From assembly GCA_964291405.2 (NCBI GenBank), contig OZ219926.1:1152001-1216000 (forward strand): 64,000 bases of DNA, read 5' to 3'. Under the pieces are notes generated by a model, which did no database searches, was not told the origin of the DNA, and worked only from the letters and a program-made list of their open reading frames with translations. The translations under genes and the position numbers were made by a program. Position 1 is the first letter of the stretch. Every line of letters starts with the position of its first letter. Shown here piece after piece: positions 59,761-64,000 of the stretch. The stretch comes from Thermodesulfobacteriota bacterium (lineage in GTDB: Bacteria; Desulfobacterota; Binatia; Bin18).

Positions 59761-61023
59761 ATGCCTGCTCACGATAAAAACGTCGAGTTTGACGCGGCCG
59801 CCATCGCACCGGTGCGTTACGGCACGCCGGAAATGGAAGCCCTGTTAGCCGCAATTGGGGAGAGTGCGGCGGCGAGTAAAGCGGCCGGAAAGAACCCTTT
59901 TCCCGCGATCGATCTGGTGCGCGATTCACGCCTTGGCGCGCTCAGAGTCCCGGTCGACCAGGGCGGCGGCGGTTGTACGGTACGAGAATATTTCGCCATG
60001 TTAATGGATCTCGCGGCTGCGGATTCCGATGTTGCCCAGATCTTGCGCGTGCATTTCTGGTTTACCGAGGAGCGTCTGCGCACACCAGACGAAACCGTAC
60101 GGCAACGTTGGTTGTCACGCGTTGTGGCCGGCAAGATATTCGGCAACGCATTTACCGAGGTTGGCACCAAAGAAAAAGCCGGCAGCTTTGCGATGCAGAC
60201 TCGCCTTGAGCCGGTGGACAATGGCTACAGGCTGAACGGCACCAAATACTTTTGTACCGGCAGCTTGTTTTCTGATTGGGTCCTGGTGGCGGCATCAACA
60301 CCGGAAGGCAAAATCGTCAATGTCGTCGTGCCATGCGGTCGCGCGGGGGTGACGTTCGAGGACGATTGGGACGGCGTCGGCCAACGCTTTACGGGCAGCG
60401 GGACCGGCCGATTCGAAAATGTCGCGGTCGCGCAAGAAGAAATATTGCGACAAACGAAGTCAGCGCACACCGCGGTCGACGAAACGCCCTTGCCGACAAA
60501 TACCTACATAGGCGGTCAGTTTTTGCAGCTTATCTTGACCGCGATCGTGGTCGGTAATATGCGGAACGTCGTCGCCGACGCGATTCGCCTGGTGCGCACG
60601 CGGAAACGGACGTTTACCCACGCGAGTGCCGATACTGCCGCCGCAGATCCGCAATTCCAGGAAATGATCGGGCGCTTGTCGAGCTCGACGCTCGCGGCTG
60701 AGGCGACTGTTCTCGCTGCCGCGGAGGCGCAAGGGCTGGCGCTCGATTCCGCCAACCAGGGCCAGATCGATTTCGAACTCGCCCATCGCGCCTCCTTACT
60801 CTCGGCGCAAGCCAAAGTCTTTATCGACGAAATCGCGCCGCGCGTGGCGAGTCTGATGTACGAACTCGGTGGCGCGTCTTCGACTTTGCGGACAACCGGA
60901 CTCGACGAACACTGGCGCAACATCGTGACCCTCTCGTCGCATAATCCTGCGGCGTTCAAGGCACGTGCGATCGGGGATTATCTGGTCAACGGGACGAAGT
61001 TGCCGGCGAATTTGTATTTTTAG
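59761..61023 (+). CDS. Acyl-CoA dehydrogenase-fold monooxygenase (DszC/SfnB-like)
   Basis: 'ALRVP..GGGG', 'QILRVHF', 'LNGTKYFCTGSLF', 'DDWDGVGQR.TGSG', 'HWRN..TLSSHNP'. Confidence 0.8.
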   Translation: MPAHDKNVEFDAAAIAPVRYGTPEMEALLAAIGESAAASKAAGKNPFPAIDLVRDSRLGALRVPVDQGGGGCTVREYFAMLMDLAAADSDVAQILRVHFWFTEERLRTPDETVRQRWLSRVVAGKIFGNAFTEVGTKEKAGSFAMQTRLEPVDNGYRLNGTKYFCTGSLFSDWVLVAASTPEGKIVNVVVPCGRAGVTFEDDWDGVGQRFTGSGTGRFENVAVAQEEILRQTKSAHTAVDETPLPTNTYIGGQFLQLILTAIVVGNMRNVVADAIRLVRTRKRTFTHASADTAAADPQFQEMIGRLSSSTLAAEATVLAAAEAQGLALDSANQGQIDFELAHRASLLSAQAKVFIDEIAPRVASLMYELGGASSTLRTTGLDEHWRNIVTLSSHNPAAFKARAIGDYLVNGTKLPANLYF

Positions 61024-61047
61024 GAGGAGCGCTGGCAGGGGTGAGTC

Positions 61048-63204
61048 TCACCTGACTTTTTCCGCCTGGTATAACCCCTCGACCGTGACCGGGACACCGT
61101 TATATACCGCCATGCCGGTAACGGGATCGACCCGCTGAGCGTCGGTGAGATCATTGGCACTGACCCCCGCGTGTTCGGAGGCAATACTCTGCCGGACACC
61201 CTGGCGCCCATGGTCAAACCCGTGCGGAATACTGACAACACCGGGCATGATGTCCTCGGTCGCAGCGACCGGCAGGCTGACCGCACCGGTCTGTGACGCC
61301 ACGCGAACCATTTGCCCGTTCTGCAGCTGGCGTTTGGTCAGATCGTCCGGATGCATGAACAACTCACATAGGTTGCGCCCCCTCATGAGGCGCTGGCAGT
61401 TCTGGGTTTGTGAGTTTTTGCTGCGAACATGGCGCCGGCCAATGAGTAAGAGTTCTTCGGACGAGCGTGCCGCGAGCAGCTCGGTTTCTAGCCGGCGAAG
61501 ATCCGCCATCAGTTCGGGCGGTGCGCAGTGAATCCGTTTGTCAGAAGTTTGCAGGCAGTCTGGGAGACGCGATTGTAATGGACCCAGATCGATGCCATGT
61601 GGGTGGTCCTTCAGCTTGTCGAGGGTCAATGCCGCTGGGTGGTCCGACGCTTTACCGTAGTGCCCGTTCTGCAAGGCGAGATCAATCATCGCGCCCGGAC
61701 TGATCGTCGGCTCGACCGGCAGCCCCTTACGTTCGGCAATACGTTCACCCAAGGCCACCAGTATTTCCCAGTCGTGCTTGCCTCCGTCCGTTATTGGCAA
61801 TGTCGGTTGCATGTACTTAGCCATATTCCGCACGGAGAAACTGTGGAAAATCAGCTCGTAGTGGTCGCATTGCAAGTGGTGGGCTGCAGGCAGGATGACG
61901 TTCGCATGGCGCGAGGTCGCGGTAATGAACGGCTCTAAGGCAACCATGAAATCCAGCGATGCCAAGGCTGCGTCGAGCTGGTGTCCATTGGGAAACGACA
62001 ATACTGGATTGGACGCAATGCACACGAATGCGCGAATCTGTCCTGTCCCTGCTGTCAGCATTTCTTCAGCGAATGTCGCCGCCGGCACCTCGCCGCCGAA
62101 CGAGGGCAATCCCCGTACCCGGGTACGCCACTCAGCGTAGCGTCCAGGGTCGGAGTTCGGGTCGGCGGCGATATCGACGGCAGGCGTGTTCCACATAAAG
62201 CCGCCCGGTCGATCCAGATTCCCGGTCGCAATATTGATCAGGCTGAACAGCCACTGTGTGACGGCCCCATACTGCTGGGCACAGGTGCCGATACGCCCGT
62301 ACCATACCGCCCGGTCGGCCGCGGCGAACTCTCTTGCCAGCTGACGAATGCTGTTCGCCTCGACACCCGTGACTGCTTCGGCGCGTTCTGGGGTGAACGC
62401 TATGAGCGCGACCGCCACCTCATCAAGTCCGTTCAGGTACCCAGATAGTGAGCGTGGATTTGCCAATCCTTCCTCGAACAGTGTGTTGAGGATAGCCGCG
62501 GCAAACGCAGCGTCGGTCCCGGGTTTAATGAAGAGGTGTGAGTCTGCAAGCTTGGCGGTTTCGGTCCGGCGGGGATCGATGATCACCAGTTTTCCGCCGC
62601 GGGCCTTCAAAGCCTTTAGCCGGTCGCGCACGCCGGGTGCGGTCATAAGGCTGCCGTTAGACGCCAACGGATTTGCGCCCGCCATGACGACATACTCGGA
62701 TCGGTCGAGGTCCGGGACGGTCAACAAAAATTGATGTCCGTACATCAGCGCACTCGTTATCAGATGGGAGATATGATCAATCGACGCGAGTGATGCGCTG
62801 TTTCGAGACTTCAAGGCGCTGCGGAGGTAGCCGATGTGCGTCACGATGCCGTAGATGGTCCCATACGCGTTCCCGATAAAATCGGCAACAGCGTCGTCGC
62901 CGGATCGGCGCTGTACATCGACCAGGCCGTCAGCAGCAAAGTCCAAGGCTTCGTCCCAGCCGATCTCCTGCCAACCCGATCCGCTCCGCTTGACCGGTTG
63001 TTGCAGCCGGTCCGGATCTTTGTACATCTCCTCAATGGCAACGCCCTTCGGGCAGATATAGCCTTGGCTCAACGGGTCGTCCTTGTCGCCGCGGACCGAA
63101 ATCACGTGGCCATCTGCGGTTTTGATCTCCAGCCCGCACACGGCTTCACACAGGTAGCAGTTCCGGTAATGCGTCTCGATTGTGCCCTCTACTTCAATCG
63201 CCAT
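61048..63204 (-). CDS. Molybdopterin (bis-MGD) oxidoreductase with N-terminal 4Fe-4S motif
   Basis: 'CYLCEAVCG...ICPKG', 'DPDRL', 'GANPLASNGS', 'IDPRRTET', 'TGNLDRPGG', 'PGVVSIPHG'. Confidence 0.88.
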   Translation of the reverse strand: MAIEVEGTIETHYRNCYLCEAVCGLEIKTADGHVISVRGDKDDPLSQGYICPKGVAIEEMYKDPDRLQQPVKRSGSGWQEIGWDEALDFAADGLVDVQRRSGDDAVADFIGNAYGTIYGIVTHIGYLRSALKSRNSASLASIDHISHLITSALMYGHQFLLTVPDLDRSEYVVMAGANPLASNGSLMTAPGVRDRLKALKARGGKLVIIDPRRTETAKLADSHLFIKPGTDAAFAAAILNTLFEEGLANPRSLSGYLNGLDEVAVALIAFTPERAEAVTGVEANSIRQLAREFAAADRAVWYGRIGTCAQQYGAVTQWLFSLINIATGNLDRPGGFMWNTPAVDIAADPNSDPGRYAEWRTRVRGLPSFGGEVPAATFAEEMLTAGTGQIRAFVCIASNPVLSFPNGHQLDAALASLDFMVALEPFITATSRHANVILPAAHHLQCDHYELIFHSFSVRNMAKYMQPTLPITDGGKHDWEILVALGERIAERKGLPVEPTISPGAMIDLALQNGHYGKASDHPAALTLDKLKDHPHGIDLGPLQSRLPDCLQTSDKRIHCAPPELMADLRRLETELLAARSSEELLLIGRRHVRSKNSQTQNCQRLMRGRNLCELFMHPDDLTKRQLQNGQMVRVASQTGAVSLPVAATEDIMPGVVSIPHGFDHGRQGVRQSIASEHAGVSANDLTDAQRVDPVTGMAVYNGVPVTVEGLYQAEKVR

Positions 63205-63273
63205 GGAGCTCTCATCCGGGTTGTCGCCTATTTTTTCCTCGGTGTGGTACAGCAACAACTCCTCAACATGACC

Positions 63274-63300
63274 CTGGATTCCCGTCTACACGAGAATGAT
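63274..63300. repeat. Degenerate REP-like hairpin
   Basis: CTGGATTCCCGTCTACACGAGAATGAT resembles the reverse complement of the hairpin at ~42490 (CTGGATTCCTGCTTTCGCAGGAATGAC). Confidence 0.5.
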
Positions 63301-63328
63301 GGCGAGGGAAATTGCCGGTGTCCGTCTG

Positions 63329-64000
63329 CTAGCCCATATTCTTTACCATTCCACCGTCGATGTCATACGCCGCCCCCGTGATAAAACTGGCTCGTTCTGA
63401 GCACAGAAAGGCGACCAGGTCGGCAATCTCTTCGGGTCGGCCAAACCGTCCGAGCGGAATATGGGCGGTGGCAAAGTCGTTGATCATGCCGTCCGGGTCG
63501 TCGGGATTCAACGTCTTTGACAGACCACCCCACAGTGGAGTCCGCGTCGGCCCTGGGCAGACGGCGTTCACCAGGATGTTATCCTTGGCCAGTTCGTCGG
63601 CCAAGGTTTTGCTCAGACTGATGATGGCCGCTTTCGTGGCGTTGTAGTCGATCAATCCGGCGTTGGGCTGTTTGCCGAAGATCGACGCATTATTGACAAT
63701 CCGGCCCCATTTTTGTTTTTGCATCAGGGGAACGGCAAGCCGGGAGCAGCGAATCACGCTGAACAGATTGATATCAAGATTATCCTGCCACTCCTCATCT
63801 GACAGACCCAGCCCCTGACTCAGATGGTACCAGCCAGCATTATTGACCAGGATATCAAGCTTGCCGAACTGCTGTACCGTTGTGTCAAAAAGGGTCTGGA
63901 TGTCTGCGGCTTTACTGACATCAGCCTGGACTGCCAGGGCCTGCGGACCTAAAGCTTGGGCGGTGCGAGCTAATTGCTCCTCACCGCGTGCGCAAATCAC
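63329..64000 (-). CDS. Short-chain dehydrogenase/reductase (5' end beyond the window)
   Basis: 'LDILVNNAG', 'YNATK', 'VNAVCPG', 'GRFGRPEE', 'IDGG'. Confidence 0.9.
   Translation of the reverse strand: MICARGEEQLARTAQALGPQALAVQADVSKAADIQTLFDTTVQQFGKLDILVNNAGWYHLSQGLGLSDEEWQDNLDINLFSVIRCSRLAVPLMQKQKWGRIVNNASIFGKQPNAGLIDYNATKAAIISLSKTLADELAKDNILVNAVCPGPTRTPLWGGLSKTLNPDDPDGMINDFATAHIPLGRFGRPEEIADLVAFLCSERASFITGAAYDIDGGMVKNMG

Overview
GC-rich bacterial chromosomal window. Most of it is catabolic accessory genes: hydantoinase/oxoprolinase A and B paralogs, three Rieske oxygenase alpha subunits, five luciferase-like monooxygenases, class III CoA-transferases, amidohydrolases, SDRs, acyl-CoA dehydrogenase-like flavoproteins, an HpaB-like hydroxylase and two molybdoenzyme subunits. 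Such a repertoire is reminiscent of Binatota/Tectomicrobia-like genomes, but taxonomy cannot be established here. Two defence-type blocks are embedded. (1) A type I restriction-modification operon (hsdM-hsdS ... hsdR) carries, between hsdS and hsdR, a SIR2-domain protein, a ThsB-like TIR protein, a small 3-TM membrane protein and a phd-vapC pair. This is the most interesting candidate for an undescribed TIR-signalling immunity module. (2) A DUF433 / tcmP / DUF5131 / HEPN-MNT block sits inside what looks like an old tandem duplication. There is much gene decay: TPR, CoA-transferase, Rieske and amidohydrolase relics, and a rearranged hpaB 3' end. Also present are a CTAG-flanked MITE-like element (two related copies) and palindromic repeats inserted in frame in HsdM and HsdR. 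No rRNA, tRNA, CRISPR array or transposase/integrase was recognised. All family calls come from motif recognition, not database searches.
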